From Octopus vulgaris (Eukaryota): a stretch of 64,000 bases of DNA. This document shows positions 12,489-25,865 of the stretch, in pieces; position 1 is the stretch's first letter; every line of letters starts with the position of its first letter. A program made the position numbers and the translations under genes. A model generated the notes under the pieces. The model was given only the letters and a program-made list of their open reading frames with translations. It made no database searches and was not told where the DNA came from. Where the stretch lies: assembly GCA_951406725.2 (NCBI GenBank), contig OX597827.1:12648001-12712000 (forward strand). The letters run 5' to 3'.

Positions 12489-12567
12489 ATATATAGAAAA
12501 TAGTAAAAAGTGAAAAAACTACAGAAGCCTTTTGTAGTTTTTTCACTTTTTACTATTTTCTATATAT
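12489..12567. repeat. Perfect 35-bp inverted repeat (near-palindrome) in a (TA)n-flanked module
   Basis: atatatagaaaatagtaaaaagtgaaaaaactaca / tgtagttttttcactttttactattttctatatat. Confidence 0.9.
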
Positions 12568-12595
12568 TCAACCACGTGCTTTCACAAACCAACTT

Positions 12596-12659
<64 letters not shown>

Positions 12660-13252
12660 ATATATAAATGTACACACTCATACATTCACACACAGATAAA
12701 ATACATACATACATACATACATGTATGTATGTATGTATATATATATATATATATATATGCACACATGTATGTATAGTGTTAATCTAACCATTTTACATCA
12801 TACTTGCTCCTTTTGTGTTCAAATGGTTTCTGACTTTATGTGTGCATGGATGTGTGTTTATGTGTGTCCGTGTGTGTGTTTGAGTATGTGCCTGTTTTTG
12901 ATATTTGTATTTGTTGATGTTTAGCTGGGCATGAACAAAAGACAACCTGATATATTGTGCCAAGTTTTAACTTTTTCCATTCTGTTTTAGACATACCAAT
13001 GACAGGAACACAACAGAATCCAATCTCACAAAGGAAATGAAAAGATATGCAATGTGGTGCATCAGCATGGCCGCAGCTCTGAGCTGAAACAAAAAAAAAA
13101 GAAGAAAAAAAAATGCTCATGGCTTGAGTCACCAGCAACTGCAACTCTTGGAATTGTCAGTTTCTTGAAAAATGACCATGACCTTCATGTTCATCATCAT
13201 CATCCTCATCATCATTTAGCGTCCGCTTTCCATGCTAGCATGGGTTGCACTC

Positions 13253-13281
<29 letters not shown>

Positions 13282-13284
<3 letters not shown>

Positions 13285-13548
13285 TGAGTCTTCCCATGAA
13301 TAATGGGTTTTTTTTTAATATTTCTTTTATTTTTCAAATTTAGGATAAACAAAGGTCTTTTTTGTAATCTAAAATATACTCTCCTTCACTTTTTGCAAAG
13401 CTTTTCCATCTATCTGGTAGACTTGCAAGGCCCCTCTTCCAAAATTCATTTGTACATGACCAAAAAATACTCCTCTAGTACTGTTCTGGTCTCGCCTACA
13501 AAATTCATATTTTTTCCATCCAAATGATTTTGAAGACTGCGGAATAGG
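13282..13548 (-). mobile_element. Mariner transposon 3' end (TIR plus transposase C-terminus), inverted
   Basis: Reverse translation gives LFRSLQNHLDGKNMN..; terminal TA-ttgagtcttcccatgaataatg matches the TIR ending at 14717. Confidence 0.8.
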
Positions 13549-13718
13549 TTGCGGTCTTAAAGCGACGAAAATATTTTGACAAATTAAACTTAAACTTAAA
13601 TGTTGAAGTGAATCGTGTGTTTCTTAAATGGCTTACAAACACCTTCCACGCTGCAATTGTTTTCGTTTCAGCACACGATCTCAGATCAAATCACTTGCTA
13701 TGCAAGTACATCTCCGTA

Positions 13719-13759
<41 letters not shown>

Positions 13760-14029
13760 CACTCCTTTGGCAGGAACACACAACGGTAACTTTTAGACAA
13801 TAGACACCCCTTCTCTAACTCTCCAACACTTTGAACTCAATCCCAAACTATATTTAACAAAGACTTCAATGTAAAATCTCCAGACACGATCTTTACCCCC
13901 AGACAGAAGATAAACTGCTTTTACTTCAAATTCATATAAATTTTGACTGATATTTGTTAAGATGAGATACATCGAAACTGATAATATCTTCTTTATATAA
14001 TTTTTCAATGATTTTTTATTAAATTCCCT

Positions 14030-14717
14030 CTTCAATTGAAAAATCTTAGACTTACTTCTGTGCTTATTGTCCTTATTCTTAGTGCAAGTTTTGAAGAGTG
14101 CAGTTCAATTTTAACAGTTATTTTTTCAAAGCTATAATGGAAGTGACGAATGAGCATATTTGGCATGCTTTGCTTTATGAGTTCAATAAAGGCAACAATG
14201 CAACAGAAATGGCGAGAAATATTAATGCAGTAAATGGTGATTGGACAATAAGCATAAGCCAATGTCAATGGGGTTCCAGAGATTCTGAGCAGGAAACTAC
14301 AGCCTAGAAGATGAGCTAGAAGAAAAACGACCGTCTTTGGTTTCAAGACAAAAGGTGTTCTTCCATCAGGATAATATGCTCAGCCACATAGATTGAAGAT
14401 GACATTCCAAAGGCTGGAGCAGTTTGAATGGGAAACGATTCCCCATCCACCATATTCACTGGACATTACCCCATTCAATTATCATTTATACTGTAGTCTT
14501 CAAAATCCTTTGGATGGAAACAAATAGTGCTGGAGGAGTATTTTTTGTCATGGACGAGTGAATTTTGGAAGAGGGGCCTTGCAAGTCTACCAGAGAGATA
14601 GAAAAGAATTGTAGAAAATGAAGGAGGGTATATTTTAGATTAAAAAAGAACTTTGTTTATTATAATTTTAAAAAAAGATGTATCAAAAAACTGCATTATT
14701 TATGGGATGACCCAATA
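14030..14717 (+). mobile_element. Decayed, internally deleted mariner transposon
   Basis: MEVTNEHIWHALLYEFNKGNNATEMARNINAV (HTH), FHQDN, HPPYSLDITPFNYHLY (YSPDLAPSDYHLF-like), GLASLPER..NEGGYILD*; 3' TIR cattatttatgggatgacccaa-TA. Confidence 0.9.
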
Positions 14718-14801
14718 TGAACATATACATATATAAATATATATGTATATATATATGTATATATATATGTATATATATATGTATATATATATATATATAT
14801 G

Positions 14802-14878
<77 letters not shown>

Positions 14879-15134
14879 GCATACATGTGTGTAATGTACT
14901 GCGTATTCCAGATTTTCATATTTTCATTATGTAGTATATATGAGGTTGATTAATAGCGTTTGTTAAATTAACATAGATATAAAATCATAGCACCATCTCC
15001 CTGTAAAGTCATTGTGCACTCTCAATGATCAAATATCTTGTTCAGCTGAACAAAAGATTTCATAAGTGAGATTCATATGTATTTGACTACTATAACATAC
15101 AAGTGTGTGTATATACGTGTCTATATGATATGTG

Positions 15135-15375
<241 letters not shown>

Positions 15376-15498
15376 TTAAGACTTGGGTATTAAAGCATAT
15401 GCTTGATTCACAACAATTATAGATGACAGAAAATAAACACATACTAAATAAAACAGTATACATCCGCATACTAACACATACATATATACGTATATACT

Positions 15499-15529
<31 letters not shown>

Positions 15530-16338
15530 ACACACACATACACAAATATTCATGCATGCTCATATATGCATACCAACACATACACACACACACACACATG
15601 CACATGCATACACACATACACATATAAATATATATATAAATATATATATATATATGCATGTATATAAATAAATACTTTCATACACATCCTATGTATATAA
15701 CAGACAACAGCTCTCTTGCACTCTCTCTCTCTCTCTCTCTCTCTTTCCCTCTTCCTCTTTCTGTCTCTCCCTCTCTCACCCTCTCCCCCTCTCTTTCTCT
15801 AGTCACAGAGAGGACAATTGTATCTTTATGAAGATAAATCTGTTATGAAATCAATATCAATTTCTGAAGCAAACATCTCTTATTAGGGACATAACTTCTG
15901 CTTTTGGTATATATTAGCGAACAGTTTAAACTGTCCAAAAGAAGAATATTTAATCTGCTGCCAGGCTAAATCTTCTTTCAGACAGTTAATCAATGGATAT
16001 ATTTGAAAAACAGTTCTCAGAACTTGTCTCAGTTCTTGATACATATTATAGATATTTCAATATACAATAGAACGTTGTATATATGTAGATCAAATTGGAT
16101 CTAAGCACATGAATTTCCATCAAGTTAATATACTTAAATAGAATCGAGCTTTGTAAATAATGAGACGTCTGCCTGTATAAGAAAACTTTCTTATTAGCAA
16201 GAATCAGCTGAGTTTAACAAAGAATTGTGAATATCTTATCAATGCAAAATTGTTTAACGGACAGTTTCTTCTTTTTCCATGGCATCTTTCTTGTAACAGT
16301 GACTTGATGTCATGTTTCCTTATCGTGTTTTCTTATAT

Positions 16339-16656
16339 CTTCTACCTTTTATGTTGTTTTTGTCCTAAGACCGTGGCCAGGCTGGGGCACTGCCTTGAAG
16401 AATTTTCCGTCAAATAAATCAACCTTAGTACTTCTTTTAATCTTTTTTTTTTTAGCCAGGTACTTGTTCTCTTGATCTCTTTTGCCGAACCACTACCTTT
16501 CTTCTACCTTTCACTTGTTTTATTCCTAAGACTGTGGCCATGCTGGGGCACTGCCTTGAAGAATTTCCAGTCAAATATAAATCAACCTTAGTACTTCTTT
16601 TATGTTTTTTTTTTTAGCCAGGTACTTGTTCTCTTGATCTCTTTTGCTGAACCACT
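16339..16656 (-). repeat. ~162-bp tandem duplication of an old family A SINE 3' region
   Basis: cttctaccttt...cctaagac..ggccaggctggggcactgccttgaagaattt...gaaccacta occurs at 16339 and 16501. Confidence 0.85.
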
Positions 16657-16719
16657 AAGTTATCGGGGATAAACAGAGACAAAAAGACACACACACACAC
16701 GCATACACACACACACACG

Positions 16720-16752
<33 letters not shown>

Positions 16753-16782
16753 GCATATATATATGTGAAGCTTCCTTTCAGT

Positions 16783-17020
16783 TTCTTATTTCTTTATTGC
16801 CCACAAGGGGCTAAACATAGAGGGGACAAACAAGGACAGACAAAGGGATTAAGTCGATTACATCGACCCCAGTGTGTAACTGGTACTTAATTTATCGACC
16901 TCTGAAAGGATGAAAGGCAAAGTTGACCTCGGTGGAATTTGAACTCAGAACGTAATGACAGACAAAATACCACTAATCATTTCGCCTGGCAAGATAACAT
17001 TTCTGCTAGCTCACCCCCTT
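16783..17020 (-). mobile_element. SINE family B (tRNA-like head, Meta/MESC-like central domain)
   Basis: Reverse match to 38941-39173. Confidence 0.85.
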
Positions 17021-17310
17021 TGTACTCACAAATGTACTCACTACCTAATGTACTCACAAATGTTTTGTCATCCCAAGGCTATAGTAGAAAACATTTGCTA
17101 TGAGAGAGTGAATGTGACTGATCTTTGATATTTTATGATAACATCTCTGAGCATGTTTCTGTGTTATTAGGCTTCTTCGGTGTATTTTATTTCATCGTCA
17201 CAAAACATTTTCTTGCAAAATATTTTCTGTAACACAATCACTAAATTTGTCGTAGAATGGGTCAGTGGTTAGAGCGTTGAGCTTATAAGTGTGTGCATGT
17301 GTGTGTTTGT

Positions 17311-17348
<38 letters not shown>

Positions 17349-17535
17349 AAAGGACTCTACACAGTTTCAATCTACCAAATTCACTCACAAGGCATTGGTC
17401 TACATCTACATGGGTCTTTTGTAAGAGTCCCTTGTCCAAGGTGTCACACAATAAGACCGAACCTGAGACCATAGAGTTGGAAAGCGAGCTTTTTAGCCAA
17501 ACATCTATGCCTGCCTAAACATATATGTATATACA

Positions 17536-17952
17536 CTTTACTCTTTTACTCTTTTACTTGTTTCAGTCATTTGACTGCGGCCATGCTGGAGCACCGCCTT
17601 TAGTCGAGCAAATCGACCCCGGGATTTATTCTTTGTAAGCCCAGTACTTATTCTATCGGTCTCTTTTGCCGAAACGCTGAGTGACGGGGACGTAAACACA
17701 CCAGCATCGGTTGTCAAGCAATGCTAGGGGGACAAACACAGACACACAAACACACACACATACACACATATATATATATATACATACATACATACGACAG
17801 GCTTCTTTCAGTTTCTGTCTACCAAATCCACTCACAAGGCATTGGTCGGCCCGGGACTATAGCAGAAGACACTTGCCCAAGGTGCCACGCAGTAGGACTG
17901 AACCCGGAACCATGTGGTTGGTTAGCAAGCTACTTACCACACAGTCACTCCT
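17536..17952 (-). mobile_element. SINE family A, near full length
   Basis: Near identity to the other family A copies; (TAAAAGAG)n tail. Confidence 0.9.
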
Positions 17953-17974
17953 AGATATATATATCTATATATAT

Positions 17975-18250
17975 ATCATCATCATCATCATCATCATCGT
18001 TTAACGTCCGCTTTCCATGCTAGCATGGGATGGACGATTTGACTGAGGACTGGCGAACCAGACTCCAATCTGATCTGGCAGAGTTTCTACAGCTGGATGG
18101 CCTTCCCAACGCCAACCACTCCAAGAGTGTAGTGGGTGCTTTTATGTGCCATAAGCATGAGGACCAGCTAGGTGGTACTGGCAACGGTAACGATCAAATG
18201 GTGCTTTTTATGTGCCACCTGCACAGGAGCCAGTCCAGCGGCACTGGCAT
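17975..18250 (-). mobile_element. SINE-like family C copy
   Basis: Matches family C body and (GAT)n tail. Confidence 0.8.
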
Positions 18251-18254
18251 ATAT

Positions 18255-18470
18255 ATACTCTTTACTCTTTTACTCTTTTACGTGTTTCAGTCATTTGACT
18301 GCAGCCATGCTGGAGCACCGCCTTTAGTCGAACAAATCAACCCCGGGACTTATTCTTTGTAAGCCCAGTACTTATTCTATCGGTCTCTTTTGCCGAACCA
18401 CTAAGTGACGGGGACATAAACATACCAGCATCGGTTGTCAAGCAATGCTAGGGGGACAAACACAGACACA
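18255..18470 (-). mobile_element. SINE family A, 3' half
   Basis: Family A tail and body match. Confidence 0.85.
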
Positions 18471-18488
18471 CACACACATACATATATA

Positions 18489-18527
<39 letters not shown>

Positions 18528-18540
18528 TGAATATATATAT

Positions 18541-18750
18541 TCGTTTCTTTTATTTATTTCAGTCATTTGACTTTGGCCATTCTGGAGCACCACCTTTAGT
18601 CGAACAAATTGACCCCAGGACTTATTCTTTGTAAGCCTAGTACTTAATGTATCAGTCTCTTTTGCTGAACTTCTAAGTTACGGAGATATAAACACACCGA
18701 CATCGGTTGTTAGGTGATGGTGGGAGGGACAAACAGACACACAAACATAC
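18541..18750 (-). mobile_element. SINE family A, 3' half
   Basis: Family A tail and body match. Confidence 0.8.
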
Positions 18751-18872
18751 ACACCAGCCAAGATTGCGAGGATGATCCGGTTCTTGACTGAAGACTAGGG
18801 GCTTCAAATGACCCGTCCGTGTTTTTTGTATCGTCTGTTTGGATGTTTTGCGTGCTTGTCCCTCCCATTTTG

Positions 18873-18916
<44 letters not shown>

Positions 18917-19199
18917 ATTTATGATGAGCTTCTTTCAGTTTCCATCTACCAAATTCACTTGCAAGACTAAACATTTTGCCTGGCATACTAACGTTCCTGC
19001 TAGCTTGCCACCTTTTAACTTAGTACTATATCTCATGTGTGTGTGTGTGTGTGTGCGTGTGTTTGTGTGCGTGTGTATGTGCATGTGTGTGTGTGTTTGT
19101 GTGTGTGTCTGTGTGTGTGTGTATGTGCGTGTGTGTGTGTGTTTGTGTGTTTGTGTCTGTGTGTGTGTATGTATGTATGTATATATTCTTTTATTTATT

Positions 19200-19543
19200 T
19201 ATTCTTTTACTTGTTGGAGCACAGCCTTTAGTGAAACAAATCAACCCCAGGCCTTATTCTTTGTAAGCTTAGTACTTATTCTATCGGTCTCTTTTGCCAA
19301 ACCACTAAGTTATGGGGATGTAAACACACCATCAGTTGTCAATTGATGGTGGGGGGACAAATACAGACACACACACAAGCATATATATATATACGATAGG
19401 CTTCTCTCAGTTTCCATCTACTAAATCCACTCACAAGGCTTTGGTCAGTCCAAGGCTATAGTAGAAGAAATTTGCCATAGGTGCCACACAGTGTGACTGA
19501 ATCCGGAACCATCTAGCTTCTTACCACACAGCCACTCCTGTGC
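19200..19543 (-). mobile_element. SINE family A
   Basis: Family A match with small deletions. Confidence 0.85.
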
Positions 19544-19831
19544 TTATATATGCATGTATGGTAAATTGTGGCATTGTTTCTGACACCTAGATTCCACTCA
19601 CATGGTCTTGGTCAATCCAAGGATTGGCTATGAAGAGAAGGCACTAGTCCAAGATGCTACAAAGTAGGTTCAAACGTGCAAGAACATGGCATGAAAGTAA
19701 ACTTCTAACATAAACAGTCATTCCTGTGTGTTTATTTTTTTCTCAAGAGATGTGTATTGTGGATGCATTATGTTTAGAATGAAATTCTATAGTTATACCA
19801 CAATGGTGATAATGGCAAGAATCATTTTTAT

Positions 19832-19877
<46 letters not shown>

Positions 19878-20402
19878 ACATCATCACCAAAAACCATCAC
19901 TGCTGTCATCATTATCATTATCATCATCATATAAACATCAGTTTTCATTTTTTTTTTTCCCTTTTCGATGTTGCAATGAATTAAACTGGTCTGCCATGAA
20001 GTCCAACAGCTTCAGAAGTGACCTGAGGAATATTCTTCTGTCTTCCCCATCTCCCCCCCCCCCACCACCACCACCATCTTTTACCGCCACGTGTATCTTT
20101 CTTTCACTATCAGCATACATCAACACACAAGATTTTCTTTTTTTTTTTTTCCCTCTCCACCACTAATTATCCATCTGCCAACAAATGTCCAGTGATGCTA
20201 TCATGTTTTCTTCACACATCAGATTTTGCCTTTTAAATCCCAATCATTCTCTCTGCCCCCTTTCTCTACTTCCTCTCTCTCTCTCACACACACAGGTACG
20301 TTTCACCTGCGTTCTCCTTTATGGAAGCAATTAGCATTGCACATACAAATTTATATAAAGCCCACCAAATGACATACATTATTTCGAATTATTTACTATG
20401 CA

Positions 20403-20815
20403 GGCACAGGAGTGGCTGTCTGGTAAGTAGTTTGTTTCCCAACCACATAGTTCCGGGTTCAGTACCACTGCGTGGCACCTTGGGCAAGCGTCTTCTGCTA
20501 TAGCCTCGGGCCGACCAAAGCCTTGTGAGTGGATTTGGTAGACGGAAACTGAAAGAAGCCCATCGTATATATGTATATATATATATGTATGTGTGTGTAT
20601 ATGTTTGTATGTCTGTGTTTGTCCCCCTAGCATTGCTTGACAACCGATGCTGGTGTGTTTATGTCCCCGTTACTTAGCGGTTCGGCAAAAGAGACCGATA
20701 GAATAAGTACTGGGCTTACAAAAGAATAAGTCCCGGGGTCGAGTTGCTCGATTAAAGGCGGTGCTCCAGCATGGCCGCAGTCAAATGACTGAAACACATA
20801 AAAGAGTAAAAGAGT
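20403..20815 (+). mobile_element. SINE family A, full length
   Basis: A box tggctgtctggtaag, B box ggttcagtacc, CORE-like gcaccttgggcaag, internal (TA)/(TG) spacer, (TAAAAGAG)n tail. Confidence 0.92.
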
Positions 20816-21324
20816 ATGCTTGAAATAATAGATGCAATTCCTGTTGACTATCACTTTTAAAGGAAGATCCTTACTTTAATCAGTATATATACACTTTGAA
20901 TCCTCCTGTCTGCTTCTTTATCAATTTATCTATCTGTCAGTTTGTTCATATGTTTACCCCTCGCTCTCTTTCTCTCGTCTCTCTCTCTCTCTTCTTTCTC
21001 TCCTCTCTCTCGCTCTCTTTCTACTTACACGCAGGCATGGACACAGATGCACACATATACACACACATACAAACACACACACACACTGTGTGTATGTGTG
21101 TATGTGTATGAGAGAGAGAGAGAGAGATTGACCACTTATTTCCCTGAGATTGGTCAAGTAAGGTAGACCTCAATAAGTACTGAAAATCAATTAAGGCCGT
21201 TCATCATATTTTCAACCTATGGTGGAATAGTTAAATTTGCCAGGTTTGTGTAACTACCATATAGTATTTTACATATAGTATATTATACCTTTATACTGTT
21301 TGGACTTGGATCCCTGTAGACAGG

Positions 21325-21738
21325 CTCTTTTACTCTTTTACTCTTTTACTTGTTTCAGTCATTTGACTGCGGCCATGCTGGAGCACCACCTTTAATCGAG
21401 CAACTCAACACCGAGACTTATTCTTTTGTAAGCCCAGTACTTATTCTATCGGTCTCTTTTGCCGAACCGCTAAGTAACGGGGACATAAACACACCAGCAT
21501 CGGTTGTCAAGCAATGATAGGGGGACAAACACAGACACACAAACACACACACGCATATATATATATACACATATATACGACGGGCTTCTTTCAGTTTCCA
21601 TCTACCACATCCACTCACAAGGCTTTGGTCGGCCCGAGGCTATAGTAGAAGACACTTGCCAAAGGTGCCACGCAGTGGGACTGAACCCGGAACCATGTGG
21701 TTGGTTAGCAAGCTACTTACCACACAGCCACTCTCCTG
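21325..21738 (-). mobile_element. SINE family A, full length
   Basis: Reverse match to 20403-20815. Confidence 0.92.
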
Positions 21739-21883
21739 CTGTTAAAACAGGCTGCTCATGTTAAAGTGTTAAACATTTATGATATGCAAATTACAAGCTG
21801 CAGTTCTCTTAAGCAACAGGGTTTGTTCTGTATATGAAAAGAGGGGCTGCTTATTTCTCTAGGTTTGATCAAATGATATAGAC

Positions 21884-22171
21884 CTGTGCTTCCCAAACAG
21901 TTTTGGTGGAGTTGCTGGCCCCTCGGCATTAAGGTTGTATTCTTAGTACCCACCACACATACTCACCACCCACCCACCCACCACTTTCTGCAGCAAATTC
22001 AAAACAACAGTATTTCACAACTGAAACTTCATCGAATTAACTCGTTATTTTGTTGTTTTTATATCCCCCCCACACACACTTTTAGCCATCCCTTTATTGC
22101 CCCACTTTTCTTCAATGCTATCATTTCACTGCCCATAGGCTGGGCAGTACCACCCACTTTGGAAACCTCTG
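21884..22171. mobile_element. hAT (Charlie-like) non-autonomous element / MITE
   Basis: Imperfect TIRs ctgtgcttcccaaa / tttggaaacctctg; exact 8-bp TSD ATATAGAC at 21876-21883 and 22172-22179. Confidence 0.75.
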
Positions 22172-22310
22172 ATATAGACACGTCTGTTGAAACCCTAGCA
22201 AGGGCTGACAATTGATCAAAGCCATTCAACATTTTTGCTGATCTAGAGAGCAGTAGCTCAAGTTGCCATATTTGCATATTTACTAATTAGGTTTACGTGT
22301 ATGTATGTGT

Positions 22311-22359
<49 letters not shown>

Positions 22360-22372
22360 ATACAATATGTAT

Positions 22373-22760
22373 AGCTGTGTAGTTTAAATGCTTTGTTCTC
22401 AACCACATGGTTCTGGGTTCAGTCCCAATGTGTGGCATCTTGGGCAAGTGTCTTCTGCTATAGCCCCGGGCCGACCAATGCCTTGTGAGTGGATTCAGTA
22501 GACAGAACTGAACGAAGCCTGTCGTATATATGTATATGTATGTATATTTGTGTGTGTGTTTATGTGTCTGTGTTTGTCTCCCAACACCGCTTCACAACCG
22601 ATGCTGGTGTGTTTGCGTCCCGTAACTTAGCTGTTTGGCAAAAGAGACCAATAGAATAAGTACTAGGCTTACAAAGAATAAATCCTGGGGACAATTTGCT
22701 CGACTAAAGGTGGTGCTGCAGCATGGCCGCAGTCAAATGACTGAAACAAGTAAAAAGAGT
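22373..22760 (+). mobile_element. SINE family A
   Basis: Family A match. Confidence 0.88.
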
Positions 22761-22768
22761 ATATATAT

Positions 22769-22827
22769 ATGACCGAAGAGATGGTGTTGTGGATTTCCAC
22801 CTCGGCATCCGAAACTCAGAGTTTTAT
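22769..22827 (+). ncRNA. Type I hammerhead ribozyme-like motif (U4C variant, long stem II)
   Basis: ATGA-CCGAAGA-GATG...CATC(C)-GAA-ACTC(A)GAGT-T-TTAT; same stem III as the motif at 8410-8447. Confidence 0.5.
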
Positions 22828-22864
22828 CTTGGCTATTGAATAATTGTCACATATTATTTTACAG

Positions 22865-22900
<36 letters not shown>

Positions 22901-22901
22901 G

Positions 22902-23202
22902 ATGGCACATAAAAACACCATCCGAGCGTGGCCGTCTGCCAGCCTCGTCTGGCACCTGTTTCGGTGGCACATAAAAACACCATCCGAGCGTGGCCGTTCG
23001 CCAGCCTCGTCTGGCACCTGTGTCGGTGGCACATAAAATCACCCACTACACTCTCGGAGTGGTTGGCGTTAGGAAGGGCATCCAGCTGTAGAAACACTGC
23101 CAGATCTGAACTGGCCTGGTGCAGCCTTCGGGCTCCCCAGACCCCAGTTGAACCGTCCAACCCATGCTAGCATGGAAAACAGACGCTAAATGATGATGAT
23201 GA
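22902..23202 (+). mobile_element. SINE-like family C with 62-bp tandem units
   Basis: ggcacataaaa at 22904, 22966 and 23028; body gttggcgttaggaagggcatccagctgtagaaa; (GAT)n tail. Confidence 0.85.
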
Positions 23203-24083
23203 TATATATATGTAAAAGAGATGAGCTCTCACACTGTTTCTTACACAATGTTGATTAATTTGACAGTGTGGTAGATGAACATTTGCCCAAGTTGTAGCAT
23301 GCAGCATAGCAGCATTGAACCACTAATCACAATGAACCTACCCAACTCTTTAACCACATAGCTATGACTGTTTAATAAACCCAAGATTAATTTACTAACA
23401 GAACTACATTAAATGTGGTAGGTGAACATTCAAGGGTTATTTGCTTACATACGAATGTGATTATTCTAATTTTGATTGGACAGATAGAACAAATATTGAA
23501 AATGAAAACCAATTACACTATGTATGATATTGTTATAAATGTTGAAGAAATATTGAAATGATTGATTTAAAAGCCAATAAAAATATTATAGTGATACGAA
23601 GACATATGATGTACGTTAATTACATGAGATATGCCAGCAGCTGAACAGATATGTATGAGTATGCAAGTGTATATACGCAGATATGTATGTATATAAATAT
23701 ATACGTATATAATTATATACGTGACGTGTGGAGTGCATATGTATATATATATATAAGTGGATATGTGACGTGTGGAGTGTATATATATGTGTATATATAT
23801 GTGACGTATATGTGGAGTGTGTGTGTGTGTGTGTGTGTGTGCCTGTGTACATGTGTGCGTGTGTGTAAGTTGGTAATATTTAGAAACAAGAATGGGTAGA
23901 AAGGCTCATGTGATAAGGGAACGTGGAAAAACTCATTATTATCGTTATGTATATATGCGTACATTTATATATAAGTGTGTATGTATTGTGTGTAAATATA
24001 TGTGTGTGCATCTGAATACATACATGTGTGCGTATGATAATAATATATGGATGTGTAAACCTCCATTCTCCTGGTCTTTATTA

Positions 24084-24144
<61 letters not shown>

Positions 24145-24477
24145 GTATATATATATATACATACACACTCACATATATATATATATATATAGGTAGATAG
24201 ATAGATTAGATATAGACATATAGATATATATACACACATATACTTACATACATATATATACATATATATAGTAACTGCTTTCTCATATATGAGCAAATTC
24301 ATTGCTAGAAAGAATTATCAAAATGAGTCATTGATGATGCAATGAGAAGCTTTTGTACGACTCTTGAGCCAGGCTAAAGATTTGCTCAATCTAATGCATA
24401 ATAAAATATAATTAAAAATATACATACATATATACACATATATACACTTTTGTATACATGCATATGCATATATATGT

Positions 24478-24553
<76 letters not shown>

Positions 24554-24555
<2 letters not shown>

Positions 24556-24918
24556 ATTGCGTCCATGCTAGAGTACCACCTTTAATCGAGCAAATTGACC
24601 CCAGCACTTATTCTTTGGAAGCCTAGTACTTATTCTATCGGTCTCTTTTGCCAAACCGCTAAGTTACGGGGGGCATAAACACACCACTATCAGTTGTCAA
24701 GTGATGTTAGGAGGACAAACACAGACACACAAACATATATACATACATACACATATATATATATACATATATACAACGGGCTTCTTTCAGTTTCCGTCTA
24801 CCAAATCCACTCACAAGGCTTTGGTCAGCTCAAGGCTATAGTAGAAGACACTTTCCCAAGGTGTCACGCAGAGGGACTGAACCCGGAATCATGTGGTTGG
24901 TAAGCAAGCTACTTACCA
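24554..24918 (-). mobile_element. SINE family A
   Basis: Family A match. Confidence 0.88.
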
Positions 24919-25136
24919 GGGTAGTGGATTTAAAATTTTGTTCTCTATCACACCTTCCAGTATATGTGCAGAACATGGTTTCAATTTTGGCTATTTGTAA
25001 CTTCTGTTGATGCACATTCATTGAGATTTGAAACCCGCATTTTTTTAAAACTTAAATTTCCTATTTTGAATAGAAAATTTCTGCTGTATTTCATGTCTAC
25101 ATTTATTCTTCCTTTGTTTTTCAACCACAGACTTTT

Positions 25137-25141
25137 ATATG

Positions 25142-25175
<34 letters not shown>

Positions 25176-25575
25176 TGTATGTATGTATGTATGTATGTAT
25201 GTATGTGTGTGTATGTATGTATGTATGTATGTGTGTATGTATGTATGTATGTATGTATGTATGTATGTATGTATGTGTGTGTATGTATGTATGTAAGTAT
25301 GTATGTAGGTACGTATGTGTGTATGTATGTATGCATATATGTATGTGTGAGTGTATGTATGTATGTATGCATGTATGTATGTGTGTGTGTATGTGTGTAT
25401 GTATGTATATATGTATGTATGTATGTGTGTATGTATGTATGTATGTATGTATGTATGTATGTATGTATGTATGTACGTACGTATGCATGTATGTATGTGT
25501 GTATGTATGTATACATGTATATATGTATGTATGTGTATGTATGTATGCATATGTGTGTGTGTGTGTATGTATGTA
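25137..25575. repeat. (TATG)n microsatellite
   Basis: Direct inspection. Confidence 0.95.
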
Positions 25576-25865
25576 TTTTCTTTTTTAGTTACTATTCTCA
25601 ATTTCGTGTTTGAGTTACTGAAGCATTACCAATAATTACTTAGCTTATCTCTCTGGTCTATTTTTAATAATTGTCACCTATTGCAATTACATTTTCACTG
25701 CTTTATCTTTTTAAATGCATTTAACTTTATTGAATACGATAATGTATATTTTTTTTAAGTTCAACAACTTCTCCATGATCACTGAACATAATAAAAACAT
25801 ACAATACTATATCTTATTACATATTTTGACTTACACTGAACATTTAATACTCCAGGTAAATATAT

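Noticed and set aside
17711-18004. Recurrent ORFs MSSNARGTNTD.. and MLGGQTQTH.. that look like a gene family
   Set aside because: Antisense readings of SINE family A copies
18785-18820. CTGAAGA core-like sequence in a PLE-like fragment
   Set aside because: No GAAA or paired stems in register in this copy
19938-20126. 62-aa ORF in unique sequence
   Set aside because: Short, includes a G-run, no recognisable motif or convincing splice sites
22902-23045. Repeat-spacer array resembling CRISPR
   Set aside because: Eukaryotic SINE-internal tandem units; spacers are homologous to each other and there are no cas genes
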